Assembly: GCA_015680685.1 (NCBI GenBank)
Contig: MNCI01002495.1
Location: 181,961-245,960, forward strand
Source: Gnetum montanum
Lineage: Eukaryota > Plantae > Gnetophyta
Length of the DNA stretch: 64,000 bases
Reading direction: 5' to 3'
Shown here: positions 37,201-51,829 of the stretch, piece after piece
Position numbering within the stretch: the stretch's first letter is position 1
Layout of the letters: the number at the start of each line of letters is the position of its first letter
The notes under the pieces: model-generated
Database searches by the model: none
The model's input: the letters and a program-made list of their open reading frames with translations, nothing else
Told to the model about the DNA's origin: nothing
Program-made: the position numbers and the translations under genes

Positions 37201-37499
37201 TCTACAAGAGTTTGGAATGTATTCCTTGAATCCAAAATTTATAAAGAGGCAGCCACCCAAGAGATTGGCTTATTCTCAAGGCAATCCTAGGCAGTAGTTC
37301 CACCAAACATAGTACTATTCGAGTAGAGCACCATCTTGACCTCAAGATTAATATCAATAATGGCAAAGCCCATAGGCATGGGGGATGTCACCACCCAAAC
37401 AATAATATTCTTACTAGGGAAACACCATCAAAATTTGCATGTTCTAACCAATTTTCATCATGTAGCCTTCACCCCATGGAACCCATGGCAAAACTTTAT
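34256..37499 (+). mobile_element. Truncated, highly decayed Athila-type element (copy E): LTR 34256-35106, PBS 35108-35125, gag ~35600-37490
   Basis: TGATGAG...CTCATCA LTR, decayed PBS TGGTGTTTTTGTCAGGGA, gag MNNIPKFKGGYNANPQRHLQAFYD...WQKLKLFP colinear with A1 gag. Cut at 37500 by element C1. Confidence 0.88.
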
Positions 37500-39429
37500 T
37501 GTAAATGTGAAGATTGTAATCCATAAGAGGCAATCTCACATACTTCATACTTTTGGAGTTGAAAAATGCCTCATAAGTGGTCAAAGCCTCATTCCCCAAG
37601 TCAAAAGACTCACCTACTTTCNNNNNNNNNNNNNNNNNNNNNNNNNNNNNNNNNNNNNNNNTACACTTTTCTACCTTGGAAATACCTACAAGGGGGTAAA
37701 TCTCACCCACCCCCAATGTGGAGGGATGGGGGTTTCCCCCTCGATGTGGAAACTTTCCCCTAGCGTGAAGATTGCATGCACAACATGGAAACCTTTTCCC
37801 CTCAGTGTGGAATTTTCCTCCTAGCATGGAGGCTTCACCCCTAGCGTGGAAATTGCATACCCCCAGTGCGGAAGAAACATGAGCAAGATTTTTTGCACTC
37901 CAATGACCTCAAAGTTGACTAACCACTTTAATAAGGATGACAGAAGGCTCAACGTGGAAGATATATTTCTAGCATAGAAGGTGTCCCCCACGTTACTATT
38001 TATAGTAAACAGAATGACCATGGGGGGATGACACTTACTATATATGGTAACCCCCCTCCCAAATTTGGGCACCCATCTCACTTGCATGAGGTAGAAATTT
38101 GTAGCCAATTTGTAGCAAAAATCATGGTCCAAAACCTATAAAACCAAAATCCCAACATCACTTTTAGGTTCCACACTTTGGCATTTTCAAGCACATAGCA
38201 ATTTTGGCTTTTAAGAGCTCTTGTAACCTTGTAGGATTGTTGCCTCTTAGAGCCTCCTAGTATGGAACCCTTGCACCCTTTTCTAACCCCCCTAAGACTT
38301 GTGAAATTTTGGTGTCGATGCTGCATTTCTAGGATCCCCAACTCCCAACATGGAGCAATCTAGCAACCAAATTTCTCACTTTTCTCACCCCCAATAGTGA
38401 TCCAAGTTGCAATAGAGGAGGTTTGACAACATTATGAGTGGTTGAGCACTCAGACCATGAAGAAAATGACATCAGCTTTAATAGGCTCTAAATTCCTACC
38501 CTAGTCAACCCCCTTGTTCTTTATTTGTTTAAATAAAGTTTTAAAATCTCAGTTTGTGTGCAATATATTTTGCTTTTGATTTCCAAGTTTGTATTCTTGT
38601 TATTTGCATCATTCATCTTGCATTCTATAAGTCCTTGGATGATTTACTAGACCATCTAGGACACCTTAAATTCTATTTCTTGGAGGCCCTGGGGATTCAG
38701 GGTTGACGCTGTTGTGCCTAATCTCTTGATTTTTTTTCTAGTAATCAATTTTTCCTGTTGCAGTAGTTTTCTAGCACTAGAAAGAGGGCCTTTACCCAAT
38801 TTCTTTGTCAAAAATCTATCTCCTTATTACCAACGTTTCCATTTGCAAGATTTTTCTAGTTTTTTGTAACCAAAACTTTAAAAAGCCAACGCTGCCCCTT
38901 CCCCCTTGTAATAGATATTGCAGTGTAGAAGTTGTAGGTGCTTGGGTGTTGAATTTCACAATAATTTCTATGAATTTTTCACACCAAAGCCAGCGTTGAT
39001 ACCTTTTTCCCCCTCCCCCTTTTGGCTACCAATTTTTTTCCAAGTTGAGAAAATTGGTATCTTGCAAAAACTAGTTCCTAATGGAAAACACCAACTTTCC
39101 ACTTTGGTTTTTAACTACCCCCACCTCCCCATTAATGTTGGAATACAAAGGTGTGGGATTCCCCCATCTCACCTCCTTCTTCCCCCTTGCCACACCTAGC
39201 ATGGAGGCAATTAGGAGGCCAGCATGAGTGAGGTTTCATGCCAATGTTCCCTACTTTCCACTTTTGGTAAAGGGGTATAGCCCCCTTACCCCCACTTACT
39301 ATTTATAGTAAGTACCTCGTTTTTAGCCATATTTACTTATTTTTACCATTTTTGAATGTCATTTGTTGAGATTTACTTCTATTTTTGCCTTTTATAGCTT
39401 GTTTTAAGCCATTTTTAGCACTATAACCA

Positions 39430-42400
39430 TGTCTTTCTAGTAGTCCACCAAGCTGCCTTTCACCTTCACTAGCAAGAGTCCTAGCCAACAAGCCATGAGG
39501 GTTTATGACCTTGAAGATCCTACTATCATCAAATGTAGGTAGTCATTGAGGGTTAGGGGGAAAATTCCTAACTTTGTGGCCATAAATTGATTGATACAAC
39601 TACATTTATGCCAAAATGCAAGCTAGCATGGTAATTCCACATTTGGAAGCAAATGCCAAAAGTGAGTTTGAACTCATCTATTGCAATGGCAAAGAGTACA
39701 TCCCTTCCCCCTATGACCAAATACCTCTTAATGATATCTATGTTGGCATTCTTGCTCAATTGATTGAGATGGAGGAGGAAGATGACAAGCATAGCTCGAA
39801 AGAACAACAGGAAGAGGAAGATGAGTTTAGGGAAGAATTTGAGCTCAAAAATATTCTGGGAGGATTATTCCAACAAACATCCCCTAGGGTCACAACGCCT
39901 TCCCCTAATGCATTTGTTTTCTCCATGGGCATGGTGCTACCATATTCCACTCCCTCCTACCCTACCATGGTTGATCCCATGCTAGTCATAGCCATACATA
40001 AAACTTAATTGATGCCACAACCAACAACCTATAACCCATTGATGCGATTTGCCACACAGCCCCAATCTATGTAGTCATTGACAGTGGTTTTCACCACCAT
40101 AAACCCACTAACTACCGATGTGGGATCCATCATGGGACTCCAAGCAACTTAGGGATCATACATCTTCTTTATCCATTTTATGCCTCAAGTACTAGCACAA
40201 ACATATTTTTTCTTGTTTGGCCCACAAACTATAACCATAAGCAACAACTTCCTTTTGTCTTGCAACTAATAGTGAGGCCACAAGCCTCATAATAGACATC
40301 ATAATCATATGTACAAGCCCTGCAAACAATAGGCCACCATAGGGCTTGGATTTGGCCTTCCAAATGATCTAGGATTTGACAGAGGACTTAAAAAGGCTTA
40401 AAGCCTCTACTTCCCAAAGTGTCAAGATTATGGATTTCTACCAAGATGATCCCATTAGTCCTATGGTTCCACCCTTGACACTTCCTCATGATTTTCCTAT
40501 CCCTTGGTTTAGCAAATACAATGGAGAAGGTGGCCCTAATGCTCACCTTATAACCTTCAGATATAAATGCTTGTTATTGTAGTTGTGGCCTCATACCAGC
40601 ATGAGGATTTTTCCTATTTCCTTGACTAGGAAAGTGCTTGATTGGCAAAGGATCCATAAACTCTCTTGAGGACTTGATAGCCCAGTTTATTAATTGCTTC
40701 AAGTATAACTTGAAGTCGGACACCACACTTGACTAACTTATGAAGGTCAAGCAAGGATCCCTTGAGCTTATATAGAACTTCATCCAATGGTGGAATGGAC
40801 TGCTAAACACAATACCAAAGCCCATATCCGAAATCCACCTTTTGACAATATTTAAGAGGTTAGTTAACGAGTTTACCAAGTCCAAACTTTACTACCTTGA
40901 CCTATGGTCCCTTAGCCAAGCATTCTTTTAGGTCAAGAACATAGAGGATGCTGCAGAGGCCAATTATGACCTAGCCTACATAGCATACAAAAGTCAACAT
41001 GTGTAGAGGAACAAGGAAAAGAACAAATAAAACAACATGGTTGCAACAACTATGACCAAAGAGTCAGAGACCACTAACCAATGGCCAAGGAACAACCCAC
41101 CCAAGGCCCTTATTAATAACCATGAAAACCAACCATCAACCTCTAGGGCTACTACATTGATTGCAACTAGAACTAATTTTGAGTAGAAGGACTAAAGCAA
41201 GTACACTACTTTACCTTTGAAGCCATTCGACTTGCTAGATCAACTATTAAAGAGTGGGTGCATGCAATACAAGCATATGATTGAAGCTACTCAAAAGAAG
41301 CTTGAGCGACTATGAAAAATAGCCAAGGATCCTACTTGGGAAACTAAGGATGATCCTAAACTACCTAGGTACTTCAAATTAGGCTACTTTTGCCACTATC
41401 ACCAACTTCCTTGTCATGACACAGAATCCTGCCTCACATTGAAGGATGACTTATAGAAAATGATAGATAGGGGAGAGTTGGTCTTAGATGCTTCCAACTT
41501 GGTTTGACTACAAAATCAATTAATGTAAGTGTACAAGGACCCATTAAATGCTAATAACATCTCTTATGTTATTTCAACATTCAACTTTCATGACAATTGG
41601 AGAGTAGTGAGGGAACCATTCATGATCCAAGTACCCCCTCACAATGAAAGGGCCTCTTTAGCTTCCACTAGTTTAAGATCTTGTTTCTTTGTGAGAGACC
41701 ATCACAAGCACCTCTAAGAGAATATTTTATCATTAGAGTGTTCCAACCTAACACAACCCACTAGTTGTATCCCAACCAGCTAATATAACTGCACAAAAAC
41801 CTCCTGTGGTGGCAAATGCTAGTGCCTCTTCCTCACAACCAATAATTGACAATCAAAAGACTCTAACCAAGCAAAGGAAGAAGCATAAGAAAAAGCCTAA
41901 CAATAAGGGGGATAAGCATACAAAGGAACAAAAGGAAGTGGGCCCATCAAAGCCCACTTCCATCTCATCAGTACCCATGGCCTCCTTTGCTTAGCCTGCT
42001 TTAGCCAACAAGCCACAGGATGATCCTAAAACTCATAGCTAGAATAAAGAGGAGAAGCCCGAGCAATAACCACCTAAGGCTAAAGTTCACATTTTGGGGC
42101 ACATGGAGAAAGTGAAGCACAACTAGGGCAACAAGCCCACAAGCAATGCTAAAAACTTCCTCAATGCAATGGATTAGGTTAGAAATTTTCTTAAGCAACA
42201 GAATACAACCTTAAGCTCATATGACCTAATCATGAATTCTATCACAAATCATGAGACACTAGTCAAAATGTTTACTTCCATCCTCGTTAGTGAGGACATC
42301 ACTAGTAATGAGAAATCCATCCATGCAGTGATGGTTCCTCCCTCACCCAGGGAGGAGAAGTCAATACCCCTAGTATTTTGGGATAGTGAAATCAAGGCCA

Positions 42401-43050
42401 ATGCCCAAAATGGTGAAGTAACTAGGGCTCTTCTATTTATAACCATATGTATAGGTTAGTTCAAAGTGCATTGGGTGCATGTCAATGATGGAGTAGCATC
42501 AAACATCATCCCATGCACCATCGTTAAATGCTTAGGCTTAATAGAACAAATACACCCTACAACAACTGCAGCTCTCAATTCCTTCAACAAATCAAGGGTT
42601 GCTTTCAAGGGGTCTATCTCCTTGGACTTTGTGGTAGGAGAGCAATTCCCCATAACTACCAATTTCTTAGTGGTGGATGAGATGCTAGGGTTCAACCTTA
42701 TCCTTGGAAGACCTTGATTATCTTAATTGTTAGCCATGTCTTCACCTATCCACCAAGAAATTATCCTCACATATGAGGAAGGTGAAATCATCATTCATGG
42801 TGATAGCACAATTTCCTTGGCTATCAACAATGTAAACATAGAGCAAGGGTTTGAAGTGAAACTTTAGAAGGAAGCTCCTAGTCACAAAGTCCATCAACCC
42901 AATAGGGAGGAGCAATCAAAGAAGAACAACAATGGGAAACAAGATGTGTCATGGGATGAAATCCCTTTCAACATCATTAATGAAGGGGATGGTGAGTATA
43001 GACTTATGCAGAATAGGCCTTATACATTTCCTAACCTTTCAAATATTAGG
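39430..43050 (+). pseudogene. gag: Tat/Ogre-like gag-protease remnant
   Basis: Motifs as listed for C1. Coding similarity ends after GEIIIHGD at ~43050, followed by an AT-rich spacer with no RT motifs. Confidence 0.8.
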
Positions 43051-43959
43051 TAGAGTTTGCACAAGTAATGTGCACCCCTACTCCTTCCATGTTATGCCCT
43101 TATGACCTTTATAGCCATTTGTATCATAACCATTTAGCCTGATTTTTTTCTTTATTGACCATTTATTACCTTTTTTACATTTTATTTTACTGTTTATGCA
43201 TATAGCCTAAAATTTTATTTTATGTTCATTTCCATTTATTATGGCATTATTTATTTCTCTATTTTCTTTGTTTAGTGTGATACAAACTAAAAAACTATAA
43301 AAACTTTAAAACATAAAATTGCAAAAAAATATAAGTTTCTCTTTAGCCTCAATCTACTAAGACTTTAAATTGGTAGCATGGCCCACCATGGCCTTAACTA
43401 GAAACATAAAACAACATAACATGGCTCACCATGGCCTTAAACTAGAAAAAATGATGCAACTTATGCTTGCTATGGCCTAAAACTGGCAAATGTCTCTTAT
43501 TGCATCGATTAGCCATTTAATTTTATAACCAAAATTGTCAACATAGCCATTTACAACATTTATAACACTAGAAAAATATATATTGACAATAATGAAACTA
43601 AAAATTTAAATTTAAAATGTATATGACATACATAGCCATGGCCACACTGTGTGGAAAAATGTCAAAAAAATAGTAACATCCATCTATAACATAGTCTTGG
43701 CTAACAATAGCCAGCAACATAAAAATGAAAACAAATAGCCAACAAGCTAAAAAATAAGCAGATGGAGGATGCTAAGGGGAATCTAGAGGAGGAAGTGGTG
43801 GTTCATTCCCACGCTCACCATTGGGGTCATTCCCACCCTCACCACTGGGGCCACCAATGTCTCTTGATGTCTAAAATACAACAACACATAGCCAATTAGT
43901 AACCAACAACAAAAAGCCATAACTTGAAACAAAACTAAAACATAAAATGCATCAAAATT

Positions 43960-46900
43960 GTGGGGACTCTAGCTCTATGACTTCCAAGGGTAGATGTGAA
44001 AGGCCATCCTCCAAATGATGGAGGATTTGGTCCTTTGTCATATTGACCTAGTCAATATCCCCAAGATCAATGCTAGTGAGGATGCCAGTCCTATTTAGTG
44101 CAGTCCAAGTACGTGGCTCCTGGGTAATAGTAGTTGTAAAGTTCTCACCAACAGTAATGGTAATATGAGGAGTAGGGGATTTCTCCACTGTGAGAGTACT
44201 CTGAAGGAGCTAATAGGAACTTTTTGCCTAGTATGGTCCTTTTGTTTCCTACCCTACTCTAGGACCCAAGTGTAGTGATCTTTCCAATCCTTAACCTTCT
44301 AGGAGATGAGGTTCATCTACATTTGCTACTCCACCATCTCTCGTGAGAGCACTACCTTATCCTAGATGGTATGCCAATAGTAGGCCCACTTGATCTCTTT
44401 GGTCCATAGCTTCCCTGAGTTAGCCACTTGGGCTTCCACAAAGGCCTTGTGGTCTTGGAGCTCTTTGATCATCTCCTTCTATTGTTGAGCTTTCTCCCTC
44501 AAGGCAACAACCTGTTTCCATAGGAATTCGTTGGACCTCTCTAGCTCCCATGAAGTTTTTGTACATGACATTAATAGATTAGTAGCATTCTCATACAACT
44601 TCAAGGGTACATTAGAGACATAAAAGGGAAGCTTTAGCAAGGAGTCAATCTCCATGTCTCAACTAAAGTCCCACTCCATAGAAGGCATTGTATAACCATA
44701 AAATACAACCATAAACATAATATACAACCTAAGATAGCCATAACAGAAACACAACCCATGACATAACAAAATGACTAAATCATAGAAAAAAAAGTTCTTA
44801 TGTATCTTGGGTGCAACTTGATCCAACTAGTCAAAGATGTCCTTAGCCATCTAAAGCATGATCTCCACCTTGTCCAAAAACCCATGGTTTTGCATGAAAC
44901 ATAGGGATAGGGGCTTGAATTGGTGGCTCAAGAACTACTATAAGCATAATAATCATTGAATGGTTAGGATGAAAACCAAACTTAAAATAATAGGATATAA
45001 CAAGAAATGTTAAGACATGTGCATACTTGGCTCCTCCTCTTCTTCCTCTAGGATGACAATGGGGGATGTACCTAGTATTCCCTCACCAAACAGGGCATTT
45101 AGATCAATGTTGGAAAACTCTCTAGACTCATGTTGTTTTTAGAGTTCCTCCTTTGCATGCCTTTATTCCTCCTCTACTATAGCAGCTGCATGTCTCTATG
45201 CTTCCTCCTCCATGGCAGCTTGGGCTACCATGTCCCGATGCTTGTCTATAGCCATAACCAATTAGCACACGAAACCATAATGTAGTTGTAATATCTTAAA
45301 ATATAGAATAGTCAAAACAAAGATAAAACTTACTTGTGATCATTTGATGTGATGTCTTAAGCTTAAACATAAGCCTCTTTTGAGTGGGTTTCTCTAACAC
45401 TAGCGGTGCTTCCTCTATGGGCCTCTTGAGCTTGGTCTTGATGTCCCCTTTGACTTCTCTACATTATTGTCTAGCCTTTAGAATGCTCACTAGAATTGTA
45501 AGGGGATCCTCCTTCATGTTGTAAGAGGCTTTGCATTATTGAACATCAAGATTCTTAGTGGTAATAGATAGCAAATCATCCATCTCATCTGGTAGGTTTT
45601 GGACTTGTATGGTTGGATAAATGTGCTTTATCCAAGGCTTAGAAAGTATGTTTGGGTCTTGGGCAACCCATTTCCCATTCCTCCACACCACAAAGAGCTC
45701 TGTGAACCTCTTCAAGTAACCTACAAAAAATGCAAAATGCATGTGGATTATGGTAGAGGTGACCTCATGGAGTCTAAGAATCTCATCCTAAAGCCCAATA
45801 GCCTAAGTATTTGAATTTGATACCATCTGTCAGGACCCTCTTAAAGGTCCACCCCTATGCAATGCTGATTACCTTCTTTTGTGATAATAGTTTAGGAAAT
45901 GCACGAGACCTAAACAAAAGATACGATGCCTTTGCCTTAGGGTCCATGAAACTATCCATAGAAATCCTGGGGTGGCCCATGTTAGTGCCAAGCCACTCCA
46001 AAACTTCCTCACAATGGACCTCTTCCTTCACTATTTTGGAGGCAACCTTTGGTCCATCAGTGGAAATACCAAACAAGTTGCAAAATGTGCCTTCATCAAT
46101 GGCTATGATAATTGACATGCCTTGAATGGTGGTGCTAAAGTGATTAGCTTTTTCATTTAAGGAGTCACTAATGTGTAGCATCTCTGTAGTGGGGATGGAA
46201 GGGATAGATGCCATAAATAGATCAAGTAAACCCACACGCTCAATGTTTGCTTGAATGTATCTAGGCACCTGTCCCCTCAACCACTCCTATGTCGGTATCA
46301 CCTCATCAAACTTCAGGATGAGGGTATCTTCATGACATCCTGCAATTGGAAAGGTAACATTAGTAGATGGAAGGTCCTAAAAGGCAACAACCAAATGTTT
46401 AGTATCAATGTAGGCATGTTTAATAACTAGTTAAAATGATAGAATTGAAAAATTAAGAGGAAAATTGAGAGGAGATTATATTTTCACTATCTTCCAATAA
46501 ATTGATTACATGATTTTGTAGGGAGAGATTGCTAGCTGGCTCTCCACTATTTTAGGTGACTAAATTACAAATATAGCAAGTGCTAGAAAGTTAGCTAAGA
46601 AACCAAAAAGCTAGCTAAGAAAATTAGTGATGAAATCTTAAACAAACAAGGAAATAATAAATATTCTAAAAATAAGAAATTAAATCCCTAAAGACTAGGA
46701 GGTAAATCATGTAGAATTCCACACTCCCTCGCAAGCTAGGCAATAGATGTTTAACATGCTAAGCTTGAAACACAAGTCTTCAAAGTTCTTCTTTGGAAGT
46801 CGCTTTGTAAGAATATCAACTATTTTTTGACTAGTGGCTAGTTTGATAATCCCTTATTCGATCTTCTATTTGATGAAGTGGTGATCTATCTCAACATGTT

Positions 46901-49900
46901 TGGTCTTGTCATGATGGACTGGATTCTTTGCAATACTGATGGCAGACTGGTTATCATAATACATTTCCATTGGTTCTTTGGTGGGAACCTTCATCTCCTT
47001 AAGTAGTCTTCTAAGCCACATTCCTTCACATATTCCATGAGCCATGGCTCTAAATACTAACTCTTCACTTCTCCTTAACATGACCAATTGCTTCTTATTG
47101 TGCCACGTTACTAGATTTCCCCACACATAAGTCTACCAGAGGTGGACCTTCGATTAGTCATTAAACTAGCCTAATTTACATCACTAAAAATCTAAACATC
47201 CCTCTTTAAAGATTTCTTGAAAAATAATCCTTGTCTAGGCATGAGTTTCAAGTACCTCAAAATTCTGTAGAAAACTTCCATATGTTCTTCTTTACAATTG
47301 TTCATGTATTGGCTGACAACACTAACTAAAAAACCAATATTCGATCAAGTGTGAGATAAGTATATTATTTTTCCAACTAGGCATTGATATCTTTCCTTGT
47401 TAATAGGGGCACCATTCTTGGAAACTTCCAGCTTCATTACTGAATCCATGGGGATTTTTGAAGGTTTAGAGCCAAGCATACTAGTTTCTTTGAGGAGATT
47501 AAGAACATACTTTCATTGCGACATGGTGATTTCCCTTTTTGATTGAGCTACTTCCATTCTAAGAAAGTATTGAAGATTTCCAAGGTTCTTAATCTCAAAT
47601 TCTATAGCTAGCAGTTATTTCAAGCTTTGTATTTCTTCCTTGTTATCCCTTGTTACAATAATATCATCCACATACACAATTAGAATAATCAATTTATCTA
47701 CTGAGGAGTGTTTGACAAATAAGGTATGATTTGATTGACACTGAGTGTAAGCATGCCCCTTTACAACCTTGGTAAATCTCTCAAACATGCCCTTGGAGAT
47801 TGTTTGAGTCCATATAAAGATCTCTTGAGCTTACATAATTTATTGGAGTTATATTTTGATTCAAATCTAGGTGGAATGTCCATATAGACCTCTTCCTCTA
47901 AGTCCCCATTCAAGAATACATTCTTGACATCAAGTTGGTGAAGAGACCAATCTAAGTTTGCAAAAAAAGAGAGTAGAACTCAAACTGTGTTGAGTTTTGC
48001 TACAAGGATAAAGGTTTCCTAATAATTAATCCCATAGAAATGAGTAAAACCTTTGGTAATTAGTCTAGCTTTGTATTTGTTAATGTTTCCATCTTCTTTG
48101 TATTTAATAGGAAATACTCACTTGTAGCCAACTGTGCTTTTCCCAGTAAGTAGATTAGTAATTTCCAAGTGCTATTCTTCTCAAGAGCATAGATATCATC
48201 AAGTACTACTTTCTTCCACTCAAGCAACTCAAATGCTTTCTTAATACCAGTGGGAATCTTAACTTTATTGAAGTTAACCACAAAATCCTAAAAATTTGGT
48301 GACAATCTCTCACCTGAAACAAAGTTAGATATAGGATGTTTAGTACACATTCTCACACCCTTACGGATAGTGATCAACCAATGTAAATCATCATCAACTA
48401 ACCCACTATGAGTTAAATTAGGATGAGAGTTACTTGGTGCAATATCTTCAGTACTTGAGTTCAGTTCAAACTCATGGATTTGTTCAAATGATGCTTGTTT
48501 TTGCATTTCCTCTTGGTTGGTCCTTCTCCTTGGACAGATCTGTAGTTTACCATTGGTTTTTGATTGTTTGGTGTCTATTTAACTTGACGAAGGATGAGAG
48601 ACACATGTTTGACTATCACTTAGTTTGTTAGATTCAATAGGTTGGATTTGAGAAGACTCAGAAGATTTTGGAATAGACTTAGACAATTCGGATGCAAGGA
48701 CAAGATAAACAAGAGGTATCTGAGAGGGCTAAAAGCTAGGATTTTCTGTCTCTATATCCCATTATTGATATTCAAGTGTATCATTCTCCCCTTGAGTAAC
48801 AGTTTTAGTATAATAAGGTTGATTCTCAAAAAAGGTGACATCCATGGAGTTGTAGCATCTTCTTGTGATAGGAGAGTAGCATTTGTAACCCCTTTGGTGA
48901 GGCAAGTATCCAATGAAGAGACATCTAAGAGATCTAGGATCAAGTTTCCCATGATTATGTTTGTGAATATGGATGAATGTAGTACAACCAAAGACTTTGG
49001 GTGGAATAGGTGACAAGAGTCATGTGTCTACTTGACAAGGGGTATCATACTTGAGAGTTCGGGATGACATTCGATTTATTAGGTAAGCTACTGTTACGAT
49101 GGACTCCACTCAATAGTGTCTAGGAACACTGGAATAAAAGATTAGGGATCTCACAACCTCTAATAAATGTCTATTTTTTCACTTTATAATTGCATTTTAT
49201 TGAGGAGTGTCAACACATGAAGTTTGATGTACTATTCCTTGTGTTGATAAGAAATTTCCAAGGATGGATTGAAAATACTTCATAGCATTATTAGTTCTAA
49301 GAATTTGGATATTTGTGTGGCATTAGCTTTGAGTCATAGAGTGAAAATTTTTGAAGATATCACCTACTTTGGATTTCTCCGTCATCAGAAATACCCAAGT
49401 AAGTCAAGTATGGTCATCAATGAATGATATAAACCAATAGGAACCGGTAAAGCTTTTTACTTTGGAGGGTCCCTAGACATCACTGTGTATCATAGAGAAA
49501 GGGTGTGACATTTTGTAGGGTTGTGGAGGATAAGAATTTCAAACATGCTTGGATAATTGAAAAACTTCACAATGGAGATCAACTAAATTTTTATTTTTGA
49601 ATAATGAAGGAAATAATTTTTGAAGATAAGCAAAATTTTGGTGACCTAACTTGTGGTGCCACAATAGTATTGCCCTTTTATTACTTGACTCAACACTTGA
49701 GGAGGAAATATTTTTATGAGTTTGATTTTGAGACACTAAACAACTAGATTTGTGAACTTGTCTTGTAGGAGAATCTACAACCTTGAGAAAGTAGAGTCCT
49801 AAAATCAATTTAGCATTGCCAATCATCCTCTCCAAACCCAAGACTTGAAATTTGCATACATTTGAGGTAAACTTAGAAACACAATTAGATATTGAGTAAG

Positions 49901-51829
49901 TTTACTAATAGATAAAATATTACAATCCAAACAATGAATAAAAAAACACTAAGTGAAGAATCAAATTCTCTGAAATTGCCACAGATCTGATTCCTACCAC
50001 TTTTGCAAGAGATCCATCTATAATTCTGATGGTCATATTTTCATGATAGGGGTGGAGATTGTTGAATATGGTGGCATTGCTAGTCATGTGGTTAGAGGCT
50101 CCAAAATCTATAATCCACATTTTTAACTTCCCTTTAGTAACATGTAATGCACTTAAGTGATTACCTTTGTGTGCAAGAGATCCAGTTGCTACAGGGTTAG
50201 TCAAAATGGATTATTGTACCAGCATCTTTTGCAACAACTCAAGTTGTTCTTTGCTAAAAAAGCTTGGTTTAGTTGGTGTAGTGTTTTCTTTAGCAAAAAC
50301 ATGGTTCCTGTGACTTCTAGTTTCTTGGACTGGCTTCACATCATCTAGATTTCCATGGATTTGCCAATAGTTCTCTCATGTATGACCATTCTTGCGGTAA
50401 TGATCACACCATGGATGCCCCTTATTTTTATTGTTATTTCTACCTTGTGACTGAGTTCCATGAACAGCAAGGGTAGAATTCTCCATGCTTGATGTTGAAA
50501 AGTATGATCTCATCAAAGCCTTCTTTGTACTCTCCTCCCTACGTACTTCTGAGAAGGTCTCTTAAAGGCTTGGAAGAGGCTTTGTGCTTAGAATCCTTCC
50601 TTAGATAACATCAAGATTTTTTTTTAGACTGATAAGAAACTTGTAGATTTGTTTTCTCTCCACAATTTTCTTGTACCTTATTCCATATTGTGGGTAGTTC
50701 CATTGAAGTTCTCCAAAATTATCTAAGGCAATCCCATTGAAGTTCTTCAAACTTGTCTAATTTCTACCATAGAAGATTGAGGGAATTGAAATATTAGGTC
50801 ACGGATTGATCACCTTGCCGAGTATCATCAAGACTACTTTCAATTCCAAAGAGTTTGATGTGTTATCAACATTGGAATACATTTCCCTCTCTAATTCCTA
50901 GATTTCACTAGCCATTTCATAGAGAAGAAAATCTTCCCTGATATCATTTGTCATGGAATTAATTAGCCACGACATAACCATATTATTTTTTGATTTCTAG
51001 ATTTTGAATTTCGGCTCCCCTTCTATTGGTCAGACAGTAGTGCTAGTTAGGTAATCATCTTTACCCTTTTTGTAGATGAACATCATGATGGAATGAGACC
51101 ACTGCAAGTACTTACTCCCATTTAGCTTATGGCCAATGATAAGGTTCCCTTCCATTCCTCTAGCAATAGCAGCAAGCTCCTGATAGATGGTGATGGTAGT
51201 TTTGGTGGATGTCGAGCTTGCCATTTTGAAAGCAAAAAGAGAGGATGGGATATTTTGGATTCAAAGTGGCTCTGATACCATGAAAAATTGAAAGGAAAAT
51301 TGAGAGTATATTATATTTTCCACTGCCTTCTAATGAATTGATTACATGATTTTATAGGGAGAGATTGCTAGCTGGCTCTTCACTATTTTAGATGACTAAA
51401 TTACAAATATAGTAAGTGCCAGAAAGTTAGTTAAGAAAATTAGTGATGACCTCTTAAACAAATAAGGAAATAATAAATATTCTAAAAACAAGAAATTAAA
51501 TCCCTAAAGACTAGAAGGTAAATCATGTAGAATTCCACAAGAACACTTAGAACTTTAATAACCACAAAACATTAGAAGTTATGGCACTTATGTTTTCCTT
51601 TCTTCTTCTTCTTTGGTGTGGTTTGAGTAGAGGTCCTAGCTACAAGGGTCTAATCTAGGGAGCTCTTGAAGCCCACCCACCAGTTGTGTATCATCTTATC
51701 ATCCACACACTTCTTGTAGATAGGGTTGAATTTCCTAGTGTATTCATTAAAGTCCTCTCTTAACTATTCATACACAACAATTTTGATTTGGGGGCCCTTG
51801 GTGAATTCATCTAAGGTGGTTTGAGCCAT
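43960..51829 (-). pseudogene. Antisense, intron-containing accessory gene (NLS, PMD/Transposase_32-like stretch, coiled coil), decayed and split by the copia insertion
   Basis: Exon 51829-51592 (MAQTTLDEF...TPKKKKKGK) joins in phase 1, via donor C|ATAAGT (CpG-decayed GTAAGT) and acceptor TTGCAG|46339, to the frame of track ORF 45855-46280 (FSTTIQGMSIIIAIDEGTFCNLFGI). Further donors at ~45333 (GTAAGT) and ~45027 (GTATG), then E/A/K-rich exons. 3' boundary approximate. Confidence 0.6.
46446..51539 (-). mobile_element. Full-length degenerate Ty1/copia element (Ale/Retrofit-like), 5094 bp
   Basis: LTRs 46446-46723 and 51281-51539 (TG...CA), PBS TGGTATCAGAGC (tRNA-iMet, 51269-51280), PPT GAGGGAG, TSD AGAAT/AGAAC. 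Gag GHKLNGSKYLQWS, protease WIIDFGASNHMT, LWHHKLGH, integrase-linked KVFGC...GKLDPRSLRCLFIGY, RT YVDDII, RNase H DNQSAISIAKNPVHHDKTKHVEID. Confidence 0.96.

Noticed and set aside
46446-51539. Active autonomous copia
   Set aside because: Numerous stops and frameshifts and diverged LTRs.
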